Below, one piece after another: positions 1-9,629 of a DNA stretch of 64,000 bases. The translations under genes and the position numbers were made by a program. The stretch spans positions 4,602 to 68,601 of the forward strand of contig JAGLWM010000005.1 of assembly GCA_023133415.1 (NCBI GenBank). Direction: 5' to 3'. The first letter of the stretch is position 1. The number at the start of each line of letters is the position of its first letter. Source of the DNA: Candidatus Pacearchaeota archaeon (GTDB taxonomy: Archaea > Nanobdellota > Nanobdellia > Pacearchaeales > GW2011-AR1). The notes beneath the pieces were generated by a model. It made no database searches, was not told the origin of the DNA, and worked only from the letters and a program-made list of their open reading frames with translations.

Positions 1-7
1 TTTTAGT

Positions 8-511
8 GTGTCTTTGGCTAGAGAAAGAGTAAGACCGGATATAGAAAATATTGAAAACATAGAAATTATTGGATGGTATTTTCCTTCATTTTTTGAAGAC
101 TATAAGGAGAAGATAAAAGAATATAATGAAAAGGCGGAGGCGATTCTTATATTTGCTACTCATACAATTAAATATGAAAATAGGGAGATTGTTCCTGTGA
201 GAGAAGTTATGAAATGGACTGTTCAAAATAGTCAGATACCTGAGTTTAGTTTTTGGGATTTTATGGCGGATAATGGTGTATTATTTTCGGTTCAAGTATC
301 TTTTTATAATCAGGGCTATAGAGCAGGAGAACTTGCCAAAAAAATATTAATTGATGGAGAGAGGCCTATTGATTTGTCGATTGTTTCTTCTACAAAAGAA
401 GATGTTATAGTTAATCTTGCAAGGGCAAATATGTTGGGTTTAAAGATCAAAAGTTCTATTTTGGTTAATTCAGAAGTTATTGAGGAATTTCCTTGGGATA
501 AGAAAATATGA
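8..511 (+). CDS. ABC-type substrate-binding-like sensor domain, C-terminal part (5' truncated by window edge)
   Basis: The frame is open back to base 2. The ending 'QGYRAGELAKKILIDGERPIDLSI...VNLARANMLGLKI' resembles the end of the ABC_sub_bind family. Confidence 0.6.
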   Translation: MSLARERVRPDIENIENIEIIGWYFPSFFEDYKEKIKEYNEKAEAILIFATHTIKYENREIVPVREVMKWTVQNSQIPEFSFWDFMADNGVLFSVQVSFYNQGYRAGELAKKILIDGERPIDLSIVSSTKEDVIVNLARANMLGLKIKSSILVNSEVIEEFPWDKKI

Positions 512-1560
512 ATTTTTTAAGTATTTTAATTTTAATTTATGTTATATTTAGTTTTATTGGATTCGGATCTTTACTTATTTATAATGTTAGCTACGGTAAT
601 GATGCTATTAGAGTCCAGACTCTTAATCACTTAAAAGATATCGCTTATTCTAAGGCAGATAGAATTAATCTGTTTCTTGACGAAAGAAAAGCAGATGTTA
701 TTTTTTTGGCGGCATCTGAGAACGTTCAAAATGCTTTTGGTGAAGATGGTAAGGTAACTATCGAGCTAGATAGAGATATGAGACTTTTTCAGAAGTCAAA
801 GGGTTATAATGATCTGATTTTAATTAATACACAGGGAGATGTTATTTGGGTTGCTAAGGAGGATGGTGAACTTGGAATAGATTCACATATAGTATCTTGT
901 AAGGATGTGGGATTAGTGGAAGTCTACAGAAAGACGAAGAAAGACTTGCAGATTGAAGTTATTGGTCCTATTTATTGTGATGATCATAATATGTCTGAAA
1001 TTTTTATCACTTCTCCTGTTTTTGATATTGATGACGTAACTAATAAAAGGAATTTAATTGGTATTGTGGCTTTGGAAATTAATAGGAAGCAAATTGAAAA
1101 ATTGGTGACAATGGGGATTATGGTTGAAGATATTGGCGAGATTTATATTGTGGATAGTGATAATAATTATATTACTCCTTTGAAGAATAATTTTGAAGAT
1201 AGTAGTTCGTATAATAAAGAAGCGCATTTCTATAAGGTTTATTCAGAAGGAATTGATGCTTGTTTTGAAGATTATAATTATTATTTTGAAAGGCATGGAG
1301 GGAAGATTGAAGGAATTGATAAATCCGGAATTTACAAAAATTATTATGGGATTCCTGTTTTGGGGGCGTATGAGTATATTTCAGAATTTGGTTGGTGTGT
1401 TTTAGTTGAGATAAATGAAGAGGAATTTTTTAGGCCTATCAATGCGGAAAATATATTTTTATTGTACGTATTTTTGGGTGGTTTGGTTTTTATTTTTATT
1501 GTTTCTTTGATTATTGATTCATATTTTTATGTAAAAAAAAATAGGGGATATAATTTGTGA
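508..1560 (+). CDS. Membrane-anchored Cache (dCache-like) domain protein with no cytoplasmic output domain
   Basis: N-terminal TM, 'INLFLDERKADV', 'GEIYIVDSD', 'YYGIPVLGAYEYISEFGWCVLVEI', C-terminal TM, then only a ~12-aa tail. Confidence 0.7.
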   Translation: MNFLSILILIYVIFSFIGFGSLLIYNVSYGNDAIRVQTLNHLKDIAYSKADRINLFLDERKADVIFLAASENVQNAFGEDGKVTIELDRDMRLFQKSKGYNDLILINTQGDVIWVAKEDGELGIDSHIVSCKDVGLVEVYRKTKKDLQIEVIGPIYCDDHNMSEIFITSPVFDIDDVTNKRNLIGIVALEINRKQIEKLVTMGIMVEDIGEIYIVDSDNNYITPLKNNFEDSSSYNKEAHFYKVYSEGIDACFEDYNYYFERHGGKIEGIDKSGIYKNYYGIPVLGAYEYISEFGWCVLVEINEEEFFRPINAENIFLLYVFLGGLVFIFIVSLIIDSYFYVKKNRGYNL

Positions 1561-3578
1561 AAATTGGAAGTGTTTTTTTAGTTGTAGTTTTCTTGGCTCT
1601 ATTTGGAGTTGGAATTGCTTTGACTTATAATATGACTTTTGTTGAGGATGATATTTTTAATCAGGAAATTACAAATCATTTAATCGATATATCTGAATCA
1701 AAAGCGGAGCAGATAATAGATTATTTTGGCGAGAGGGAAAAGGATGTTAGGTTTTTGGTAGAGTCTGAAAAAGTTAAAGAATTATTTAAGGAACCTCTTA
1801 ATTCGAAGGATTTTCTTGTTAAGTGTCTCATAGAGCATAGAGGAAGGATTATTACAAAAGAAATTGAGAATTACTTGAGGGCTTTTCCTAAGATGACTTT
1901 GAAAGATTTACAGAATAGTTATGATTTTCAACAGATTGCTGTTCGTTCGATTGGAGAGGAAGGTTATAGTGTGATATATAGAGTTAGTGATTTAGTTATT
2001 TATTTTCATGGGGATCCTAATATGATTGGAACAAATATGGAAGATTTAAGGGGAGAATTTCCAGAATTTCTTAATATTATAGATAGGACAAAGGAGGAGC
2101 CAGAGGTAGAAGGATTTTATAATTGGAAAGATGCTTATGGCAATGTGAGAAGAAAATATGGGAGTTTTGGAGTTGTTCCTGTTACAACGGCTGATGGTGT
2201 CGAGCTTGTTTCTGTAACTTCGGATTATATTGACCAGTATAAAGTTTTTGATAATGTTTCGTCGGAGATAGATAAATATCTAAAAGATTTTGCGGAAGTC
2301 TCCGCTTATCATAATTTAATTTTAATTTCTCCAGATGGTTATATCGCTTATATGATTAAACAATTGGAGGGTCTTGGGGTTAATCTTGAACGTGGTGAAT
2401 ATGCAGGAAGCGGTCTTACTAAAAATTATTTTGATATGTATTTTAATGCTAAAAATATTAAAAAGGGAGAAGTGGTTTTTTTTGGACCGTATGTTAGGTA
2501 TTATGGAGAACCTTATTTAAAGATTTCTGTTATGGCTCCTGTTTATGATGGAGACGAATTTCTTGGTATTGTTGGATTAGTATCTGATATGAATAAAGTT
2601 TCGGAGATAACTAGAAAGTCTGTGGGGCTTGGGGAGACGGGAGAGGCATATTTGATTAATGAGGACAAACTTTTAATTACTAAATTAAAACATAGAGTTT
2701 TTGATTTATTGGTCCAATCTATTAAAACTGAAAGTTCTGAGATATGTATTGGTTACTTTGCAGATTCGGAGAAATCAGATATTAGTGCAGAAGAAATTCA
2801 TAAGAGAAATATCAGGAAGGGGTTGGAATATCCGATGATTCCTTTTTTAGATTATAAGGGAGATATGATATTGGGTATGTATTATCCTATTTCAGGTGTA
2901 AGATGGTGTTTGATGTCGGAGATTAGTTTGGAAGAGGTATTTATTTTGTCTAGGCGGGGGAGGATTAGGCAGTATATTATTGTTGTTTGGAGTATTTTAG
3001 GTATTTTAATTTTGTTTAGTGTTTTTATTCAAAAATATTTGGATAAGAATTTCTTTATTGGGAAAAGAAAAATCAGAAGGTATCCTTGTAGGCGTGAGAG
3101 AGGATTCAAATTTTGGTATTGTGTATTGGTTTATGCGAGATATAGAGATTATTTTGGCAATTATTGCAGGAGGGTTGTTAGGGCAATAAATTATTGTTTA
3201 AAATTAAAAATTAAAAATTATTTTTTGTTTGCTTTAATTTTTGCAATTGTTTATTTTTTTATTGTGACATCATTTTTTCAGGGATGGCAAAATGCTAAAC
3301 TTTTTGACATAATTCCTGATTTATTTATTTTTATTGTTGGATTTTTATTCATTCATTATTCTTTGAAGAGATTTCCTGGGAAGAGTATTTGTAATTTTGT
3401 TTTTTTTGGTGGGGTGTTGATATGTTTGGGAAAGCTCCTTGAGGTTCCCTTTCAAGAATATCAGGAGATGGTAGGTTATGCTCTGAGCTGGGTAGTCTGG
3501 TTTCCTATTTTGGTAGTGGATTATCTGGGTTTATTATTTTTGTTGTTTGGTTTTAGGGGGTTGAAAAATGAATTTTGA
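1557..3578 (+). CDS. Multi-Cache-domain membrane protein with C-terminal multi-TM region
   Basis: 'GETGEAYLINED', 'DYKGDMILGMYYPISGVRWCLMSEI', 'GFYNWKDAYG'. A basic linker precedes ~4 hydrophobic helices. No kinase or MCP domain is visible. Confidence 0.7.
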   Translation: MKIGSVFLVVVFLALFGVGIALTYNMTFVEDDIFNQEITNHLIDISESKAEQIIDYFGEREKDVRFLVESEKVKELFKEPLNSKDFLVKCLIEHRGRIITKEIENYLRAFPKMTLKDLQNSYDFQQIAVRSIGEEGYSVIYRVSDLVIYFHGDPNMIGTNMEDLRGEFPEFLNIIDRTKEEPEVEGFYNWKDAYGNVRRKYGSFGVVPVTTADGVELVSVTSDYIDQYKVFDNVSSEIDKYLKDFAEVSAYHNLILISPDGYIAYMIKQLEGLGVNLERGEYAGSGLTKNYFDMYFNAKNIKKGEVVFFGPYVRYYGEPYLKISVMAPVYDGDEFLGIVGLVSDMNKVSEITRKSVGLGETGEAYLINEDKLLITKLKHRVFDLLVQSIKTESSEICIGYFADSEKSDISAEEIHKRNIRKGLEYPMIPFLDYKGDMILGMYYPISGVRWCLMSEISLEEVFILSRRGRIRQYIIVVWSILGILILFSVFIQKYLDKNFFIGKRKIRRYPCRRERGFKFWYCVLVYARYRDYFGNYCRRVVRAINYCLKLKIKNYFLFALIFAIVYFFIVTSFFQGWQNAKLFDIIPDLFIFIVGFLFIHYSLKRFPGKSICNFVFFGGVLICLGKLLEVPFQEYQEMVGYALSWVVWFPILVVDYLGLLFLLFGFRGLKNEF

Positions 3579-3828
3579 AATTATAGTATATTCGGTATTG
3601 GCGTTGATTTTTTCTATAATTATTTTATGGGTAACGAGTCTAAGTATGATTCGTGATAAGAATATTTTTGGATATTTAGCATTTTTTGCATTAGGAATTG
3701 TTCTTGTTGTTCATTCTACTTTTATGGTATTTGAATTTTTTTGGGGTTGGCAATGGGTGATATTAGAGTTGTTGATATTTTTTAATTTAATTTGGATTTT
3801 GATGGAGATGGGGGGGTTTAATAAATGA
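3568..3828 (+). CDS. Small multi-TM hypothetical protein
   Basis: Three hydrophobic segments; overlaps both neighbours (translational coupling). Confidence 0.6.
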   Translation: MNFEIIVYSVLALIFSIIILWVTSLSMIRDKNIFGYLAFFALGIVLVVHSTFMVFEFFWGWQWVILELLIFFNLIWILMEMGGFNK

Positions 3829-4316
3829 TTTTGAATGCATTTTTTATGGTAGTTGCTGTGGCTCAGAGTGTTCTTTCGGTAGTAGGATTTGGAGTTTTGA
3901 TTAATAGAATTTTTAATAAACAAATAAAAGGTGGATTAGATATTTTTCTATTTGTCTCTGTTTTTATTTTGTGGTGTAGCTTTTTCGGATTTTGGTTTTA
4001 TGGTGTTTTTTTTGATGGATTATCTAGAATGTTTAGTTTGGTTTCTTTTTATTCGTTGATATTGGGGGTTGTTGGAGTTGCTATTTTGATGGCGAGATTT
4101 TCTAGGTTTGTAAATAAGTCGTTGGTGATTCTTGAATCGCTGCTTTTTATTTCGGTTATAATAGTGATTGGGTTTGATGGGTATAATTATACGTCGGGAG
4201 TGGTTGAGATTATGTTGATTTTGACTTTTTTTGTAATTGTCGTGGGTTATTTTATTGCTATCGATTTTTTTATTCGGAAAAGTAGGGGCGGGATGGAGGA
4301 GGTCGGTGGTAGGTAG
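3825..4316 (+). CDS. Multi-TM hypothetical protein
   Basis: About five hydrophobic segments; 4-nt ATGA overlap with the upstream gene. Confidence 0.6.
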   Translation: MILNAFFMVVAVAQSVLSVVGFGVLINRIFNKQIKGGLDIFLFVSVFILWCSFFGFWFYGVFFDGLSRMFSLVSFYSLILGVVGVAILMARFSRFVNKSLVILESLLFISVIIVIGFDGYNYTSGVVEIMLILTFFVIVVGYFIAIDFFIRKSRGGMEEVGGR

Positions 4317-4378
4317 TAGGTGGTACCCGCGCGGCTTGGTGATAAGCGATAAGCTTGGTGCGAATAATGGAGGACGGG

Positions 4379-4858
4379 ATGAAGAGTAAAACTTGGTTAT
4401 TGGTGGGATGCATGATTTTGGTTAACATTGTAGGTGTTTCAGCTTTGAGTTTAGGTGTACATGTGCCTGAGAAATATACTGATGTTATCGCTGGTGAGCG
4501 GCTTTACTTTGAGATTGAGATTCAGTATCCGGAGAATCCATTACGTAAGGATTTACGGTTTGAGTATGACATTTTGACGGAGAGTGGGGACCTAGTGTCG
4601 CAATCCAAAGCTCTGAAGGCTGTTGAGACGCAGGCATCATTTATTGATTTTATTGTGATTCCTAGAGATGTTGAAAATGGGCTTTATATTATTAATGTGA
4701 AGGTTAAGGATTATGAGGATTTGAGCGAGGAGGTAAGTTCGAGTTTTTATGTTAGAAAGTTGGAGAGTGATCAGATTATGATTTATTTAATGATTATTCT
4801 TGGAGCTGTTATTTTGGTTGGCATACTTGTTGTGTTGAGTATTGTTATGAAAGAATGA
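4379..4858 (+). CDS. Secreted, C-terminally anchored hypothetical protein (Ig-like beta domain likely)
   Basis: Signal peptide MKSKTWLLVG..., beta-rich core, C-terminal TM. GGAGG lies upstream of ATG 4379. Confidence 0.6.
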   Translation: MKSKTWLLVGCMILVNIVGVSALSLGVHVPEKYTDVIAGERLYFEIEIQYPENPLRKDLRFEYDILTESGDLVSQSKALKAVETQASFIDFIVIPRDVENGLYIINVKVKDYEDLSEEVSSSFYVRKLESDQIMIYLMIILGAVILVGILVVLSIVMKE

Positions 4859-5979
4859 AACTTAAAAGATTGTTGAATCGTAAAAGGTTAGTAGTTTTAA
4901 TTTGTGTGTTATTGTTGGTTTTAGCTGGATATTTAATTTTTAATTCTTATATAATGTATGAAATGACCAGTCATAGTTATAGGGCTGAGATGGTGGATGC
5001 AATGGGACAAAGAATGAATTTGTTGTTTTTGGAAATTAATGATTTTCCGCGAGATGCGGGGGATGATATTTTGTATTTTGGGAGGTCGGAATATTTGAGG
5101 CATTTTATTAATTCTGTGGGGGCAGTTAGGGAAGATTTTAAGAAAGAGTTGGAAAGAGATTTGGTGTTATTTTTGGACGTTAATGAAGTTTATTATCAGT
5201 CGAGGTATATTGATGAGAATGGCGATGAAATTATCAAGGCGGAATTTGATGGGGAAAAGTATTCTATAGTGGAAGAAGAAAATTTACAAAATAAAAAAGA
5301 TAGATATTATTTTAAAGAGGCTTCAATGCTTGGTCCTGGGGAGATTTATGTTTCTTATCTCGATCTTAATATGAAACATGGGGCTTTTGAGAATATAGGA
5401 ACTATTGAAAACCCAAAATATATTTCAATTATCAGATATGCTATGCCTGTTTTTGATGATTTTGGTGTGAACAGGGGTATTGTGGTTTTGAATGTTTATG
5501 CAGATTATTTTTTGGAGGATATCAGGAGACTTGCTAAGGAAAATGATATTTCTTTTTTGATTGATAAGAATGGGTATTATCTTGCGCATCCTAATAAATC
5601 TAAGGAATTTTCGTTTATGTTTGATGACGATGAGGATAGTATATTGAAAGACTATCCTGATGCTTCGCGGGTGATTTTAGGGGGTTTTGATGAGAGGATT
5701 TTTGAAAATGAGGATTATATTTTTACTTTTAGGTATATTTATCCCACTATTGGTACTTTTGAAATGTATGAGGGTTCAAAAAAGGTATTTGGAGAGGATT
5801 CTGAGAAGGAATATTATTGGGTTTTAGTTAGTGTTTCCGATAAGAGTGAAGTAAATCAAAGTGTTAAGGCTGTGAGATATAGGTTTATTGTTTTTGTATT
5901 ATTTTCTATTTTGATGGTTGCGCTGATGTTTGTTTTGTTGTTGATAATTCTGGCGATAAATGGGAGTTTGAAAAGGTGA
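4855..5979 (+). CDS. Membrane-anchored dCache domain protein with no output domain
   Basis: 'YYQSRYIDENGDEIIK', 'LQNKKDRYYFKEA', 'IIRYAMPVFD', 'FLIDKNGYYLAHP'. The protein ends 6 aa after the second TM. Confidence 0.72.
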   Translation: MKLKRLLNRKRLVVLICVLLLVLAGYLIFNSYIMYEMTSHSYRAEMVDAMGQRMNLLFLEINDFPRDAGDDILYFGRSEYLRHFINSVGAVREDFKKELERDLVLFLDVNEVYYQSRYIDENGDEIIKAEFDGEKYSIVEEENLQNKKDRYYFKEASMLGPGEIYVSYLDLNMKHGAFENIGTIENPKYISIIRYAMPVFDDFGVNRGIVVLNVYADYFLEDIRRLAKENDISFLIDKNGYYLAHPNKSKEFSFMFDDDEDSILKDYPDASRVILGGFDERIFENEDYIFTFRYIYPTIGTFEMYEGSKKVFGEDSEKEYYWVLVSVSDKSEVNQSVKAVRYRFIVFVLFSILMVALMFVLLLIILAINGSLKR

Positions 5980-6013
5980 AGTTGAAAGTTGCGTTTCTGT
6001 TTGGTGAGTGATT

Positions 6014-7204
6014 TTATAGCCAGCCCATAAAAATAGATAATAACATTCCAGTTCCAAGTAATAGAATTATTATTCCTGCGATTAAATGAAGTGTTTTAAG
6101 TTTTGAAGTTCTCCAGCTTTCTGCTTTTTCCGTTGTTGTTATCCCAAAATAAATTCCGAAAGTTATTCCTATCATTGGCAATATGAAGATTAGGTTGTAT
6201 AATAGTAATAAAATTATTGCATATTTTTGCGTGGTCATATTTGCCAGTAATCCTAGTATGACTATGTAGGGGCCTGATGTGCAGGGCAGTAAGAATAAGC
6301 TAATTATGAAACCCACGAAGAAGGCTCCGGGGATAGAAGTTATTCCTTTTATTAGTGATTTCATTTTTGGACGCCATTTTAATGGGACCTCCATCACGAA
6401 CCATTTTCCATACCACAAATAATCTTTGAGATTGAATAAACCGATTATTATTGCTAATATTGCGACGACAATATAGAATGTATGAGTAATTCCTGCTGCC
6501 TGAATTGCGGAGTATAATCCTAACCCCATTAAAAAGTAAGATATGAAGATAGATAGTGAAAATGCTAGTCCTGCATATAGCGCTCTTTTTCTTTTTCTGG
6601 ATGCCAAAATTGTTGTAACTAATATTATTAAAACCGCAAAAGCGCAAGGATTAATTGCGTCTACTACTGCTGCGGAAATTACTGCAGGAATTGTTATTGT
6701 TTTTTTAAGTTTTGTTTTTTTAGGGTCTTCTACTGGCGAGGATCCCCCAATTATTTGGGTGACGTTATTGTCGCCTATTTTTTCTAATGGATTGATACAT
6801 TCTGTAATTCCGCACCTATCGACTTCTTGTTCTATTTGTTCTCCAATAGATGATGAAAATCCTACGATTATTTTATTATCAATAAAAATTGTAGGAACTC
6901 CTCGTATTTCTGTATTATATGATTCGGAAAGTTCTTCAAAGAGCACTCTATTTTCATTATTGAAATAAATTTCATAATCTTTTACAATAATATTAGGATT
7001 TTTTTCTTGCATATCTTTTAAGAAAGAATCTAGTTGGATACAGTGAGGGCATCCTCTTCCGTAGAATTTGATAATTATAACTTGATTTTCTCCTAAGGGA
7101 TCATTGCTTGTTTCTCCTGTTATTGAATTTGCATAAAAAAGTCCTGATAGGACTAATACTATTATTAATGTTATGCTGGTTGTTATTGTTTTTTTTGTTT
7201 TCAT
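6014..7204 (-). CDS. Thioredoxin/glutaredoxin-like domain fused to CcdA/DsbD-type membrane redox domain
   Basis: CPHC motif; 'VVDAINPCAF' and 'LPCTSGPY' conserved Cys motifs in a multi-TM region. Confidence 0.8.
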   Translation of the reverse strand: MKTKKTITTSITLIIVLVLSGLFYANSITGETSNDPLGENQVIIIKFYGRGCPHCIQLDSFLKDMQEKNPNIIVKDYEIYFNNENRVLFEELSESYNTEIRGVPTIFIDNKIIVGFSSSIGEQIEQEVDRCGITECINPLEKIGDNNVTQIIGGSSPVEDPKKTKLKKTITIPAVISAAVVDAINPCAFAVLIILVTTILASRKRKRALYAGLAFSLSIFISYFLMGLGLYSAIQAAGITHTFYIVVAILAIIIGLFNLKDYLWYGKWFVMEVPLKWRPKMKSLIKGITSIPGAFFVGFIISLFLLPCTSGPYIVILGLLANMTTQKYAIILLLLYNLIFILPMIGITFGIYFGITTTEKAESWRTSKLKTLHLIAGIIILLLGTGMLLSIFMGWL

Positions 7205-7476
7205 TTTTCTATTCTTATTGCTTTTGCATTAATTATAGCGTCGGCTATTTTTTTTCTTCCGGAGAATAATATTCTTGATAGGGTTGATTGGGATATGTTC
7301 ATTTTGTTTCCCGCTTCTATTTGAGATATTTCTTTAAAATCTATTAATCTTATTGTTTCAAATTCGGGCATGGATAAAACTATTTCATTTAGATCTGTCA
7401 TTTTTATTCCTGCGGGTTTAAAGTAAGAAGAATTAGGTTTGCCCCTAATCCTTCTGCTTTTATATGGTCTTGGCAT
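7201..7476 (-). CDS. DUF134-family DNA-binding protein
   Basis: 'MPRPYKSRRI...YFKPAGI...EFETIRLID...MNISQSTLSRIL..GRKKIADAI'. Confidence 0.8.
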   Translation of the reverse strand: MPRPYKSRRIRGKPNSSYFKPAGIKMTDLNEIVLSMPEFETIRLIDFKEISQIEAGNKMNISQSTLSRILFSGRKKIADAIINAKAIRIEK

Positions 7477-7485
7477 TTTGGTTTT

Positions 7486-7644
7486 TTATTGGTTTCTATT
7501 TCTAAAACCTCTAACTCTGCCACATCTTCTTCCGCAAGGTCTAATTCCTCTTTCGTCAGTGGGTTTTGTGTCTTTGCAATTTCCCATTTGTCTTCCTGTT
7601 TTGGATCCTTTTCCCTCTGGTCCTGTTTTGTCTTTATTTGGCAT
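7486..7644 (-). CDS. DUF5320-like small Gly/Arg/Cys-rich protein (52 aa; below the ORF-track cutoff)
   Basis: Hand translation: MPNKDKTGPEGKGSKTGRQMGNCKDTKPTDERGIRPCGRRCGRVRGFRNRNQ*. It lies directly upstream of DUF134. Confidence 0.7.
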   Translation of the reverse strand: MPNKDKTGPEGKGSKTGRQMGNCKDTKPTDERGIRPCGRRCGRVRGFRNRNQ

Positions 7645-7675
7645 TTTTATTTTTCTCCAGTTTAGTTATGAATTA

Positions 7676-7724
7676 GTATGCATAATAGTATTTAAATGTT
7701 TTGTTTTGGGCATGTATGCATAAT
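7676..7724. promoter_or_regulatory. Pair of GTATGCATAAT boxes flanking the promoter of the DUF5320-DUF134 operon
   Basis: Identical 11-mers at 7676-7686 and 7714-7724, each containing the palindrome TATGCATA, on either side of a minus-strand TTTAAATA. Confidence 0.4.
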
Positions 7725-7865
7725 TAATTAGAGAGAATTTTGACAAATAATATTTTTAGATTATTGTTTTGATTTACTTATGTTAAAATTATGAATAATT
7801 TGTTTTCTTTTTGATGATATTTCTTGAATGAGAAAGTATATATTTATGTCGTTATTTGTAACATT

Positions 7866-8063
7866 GGAGATAACAAAAGTCGTTTTGCAAGAAACACTTT
7901 GTGGTGCTCTGTTGATTACCATTCATTAAGGTTGCGTCTAGAGATTAGCTTCCTGAAAGCAGTGGTCAATAAGTTAGCTGCAATAAAAAAAGATTAGCTT
8001 TATTTTCCTCGTTAGTGATGAAGGGGATTAAAAAATCTTTTTGGCTTGATCTAGGTTATCTCC
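7866..8063 (+). ncRNA. Unidentified ~200-nt structured RNA, copy A
   Basis: GGAGATAAC (7866-74) pairs with GTTATCTCC (8055-63). Other helices: GTTTT-GCAA-GAAAC hairpin, AAAGT/ACTTT, CTAGA (7938-42)/TCTAG (8050-54). TATATATT at 7837-44 and a T-rich tail follow the expected layout. Confidence 0.75.
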
Positions 8064-8423
8064 ATTTTTATTTTTTGGTGTTATAATAATTGGACTATAT
8101 TCGAAAATTATATATTTAATTTATGTTGGGTGATTGATATTCTTTGAATGTTTGGGATCGAAGATTTTGAGGGTAGGGTTGATATTTGGGATTGCGATTT
8201 TGTTGTGGGGATTGAATAATCTTGGGATATGGTTTGAATTAATATGTGCAAAGTGTAAGTTAAGGTGCGAAATCTTTAGAATTTTTGTTTATCTGTTTTG
8301 CTAATTGTGATATTATTAATGAGATGATTTTTATCAAAAGTTAAATTATGATTTTGGTATTTTATATTTAGATAGTATTTTTGTTTTAAAAAAATATATA
8401 ATTTCAGGATTATAGTTATTGTT

Positions 8424-8625
8424 GGAGATAACATCGGTTATCCTTGGAAAGGACGCTTACAAGCAACTTTCGTTAATGGTTGTGGTTATTAAATCGGCGA
8501 CGGGACTATACCTCGTTGTATGAAACCCACGATTTGAGAGTTGTGTTGCCTCGGAGAAGAACAAAAGGTTTGCCAGTAAAATGGTGGGTCCTGCGGATCT
8601 TTTTCGCCGTGTCCCGGTTGTCTCC
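8424..8625 (+). ncRNA. Unidentified ~200-nt structured RNA, copy B
   Basis: GGAGATAAC (8424-32) pairs with GTTGTCTCC (8617-25). TCCTT-GGA-AAGGA hairpin; CGGGAC (8501-06)/GTCCCG (8611-16); TATATAAT at 8395-8402. Confidence 0.82.
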
Positions 8626-8635
8626 ATTTAGTATC

Positions 8636-9181
8636 ATGAAAAAAAAAGTAGAAAAAGTAGAAAAAGTCGAAAAGGTTAAGACAAGTCTTAAGCAGAGAGT
8701 GGCTGCTATGAAGAATATTAAGAAGGCACAGGCGAAGTGGAAGGGTATGACTAAGGCGGAACATGCGGCGGCTCAGCCAGAGGGGCGCGCTAGGGAAAGA
8801 CCGGGTGCTGGAGGAGGAGAGTTTTTTAGAGTTGTTGTTAGGCCAAAGACGGAGTTTAAGACATTCAGGGCTCATGATGTTGGGAAGAAGGGGCATGTCG
8901 AACGTTTGGCTGGGCAGCGGGCTAATGGAAGTTGGGATACTCAGGCGTGGTTGATTAGTAAGAAAGAAGCGGATGTTGTCGGTGGAGTGCTTATGGGGAA
9001 GAGTAAGGATGTTAGGGATGTTCTTGCAAAACTTCAATCTGAGCCTAAGCAATTTCGGGGAGATATATTTAAAGCTAAGCCTAGGAGAAATGTTCCAGAA
9101 GAAGAGAAGCCGACTCCTGCGATGAAGAAGGCGCAGATGAGGAATATTAAAAAGGCACAGGCTGCAAGGTGGAAGAAATAA
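8636..9181 (+). CDS. Highly basic conserved-looking hypothetical protein with duplicated M(K/R)NIKKAQA motif
   Basis: The real start is probably ATG 8636; the track's 52-aa extension overlaps RNA copy B. The motif appears near both termini. Confidence 0.75.
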   Translation: MKKKVEKVEKVEKVKTSLKQRVAAMKNIKKAQAKWKGMTKAEHAAAQPEGRARERPGAGGGEFFRVVVRPKTEFKTFRAHDVGKKGHVERLAGQRANGSWDTQAWLISKKEADVVGGVLMGKSKDVRDVLAKLQSEPKQFRGDIFKAKPRRNVPEEEKPTPAMKKAQMRNIKKAQAARWKK

Positions 9182-9182
9182 A

Positions 9183-9614
9183 ATGAAGGTATCTTCTGAT
9201 TTTTCAGATAATGATAAGATTCCGGTAAAGTATACTTGTGATGGCGAAGATGTCAGTCCACCATTGATAATTTCAGATATTCCTTCTCATGCAAAAACTC
9301 TTGTTATAATTATTGATGATCCAGATGCTCCTACGAAAACATGGGTTCATTGGGTTATTTTTGATATACCTGCATCTCCTCCGGAAATGCAAATAATAGA
9401 TAATTCGTTGGGTAAGGAAGGGGTGAATGATTTCAAAAAAGTTGGTTATAATGGGCCATGTCCTCCTTCTGAAATGCATCATTATCGTTTTAAGGCGTAT
9501 GCTTTGGGTGATGAGCTTGGCTTATCTCGAGGGGCAACCAGCGAGGAAGTTGAGGATAAAATGAAGGGGAAGATTTTGGAACAAGCTGAACTTGTTGGAA
9601 TATATCAAAAATAA
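9183..9614 (+). CDS. YbhB/YbcL-family (PEBP/Raf kinase inhibitor-like) protein
   Basis: 'YTCDGEDVSPPL', 'DDPDAP..TWVHWV', 'YNGPCPP', 'HHYRFKAYAL'. Confidence 0.92.
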   Translation: MKVSSDFSDNDKIPVKYTCDGEDVSPPLIISDIPSHAKTLVIIIDDPDAPTKTWVHWVIFDIPASPPEMQIIDNSLGKEGVNDFKKVGYNGPCPPSEMHHYRFKAYALGDELGLSRGATSEEVEDKMKGKILEQAELVGIYQK

Positions 9615-9629
9615 ATTGGTTAATATTTA

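Noticed and set aside
8480-8635. N-terminal 52 aa of track ORF 8480..9181
   Set aside because: It overlaps RNA copy B and looks non-coding; ATG 8636 is the better start.
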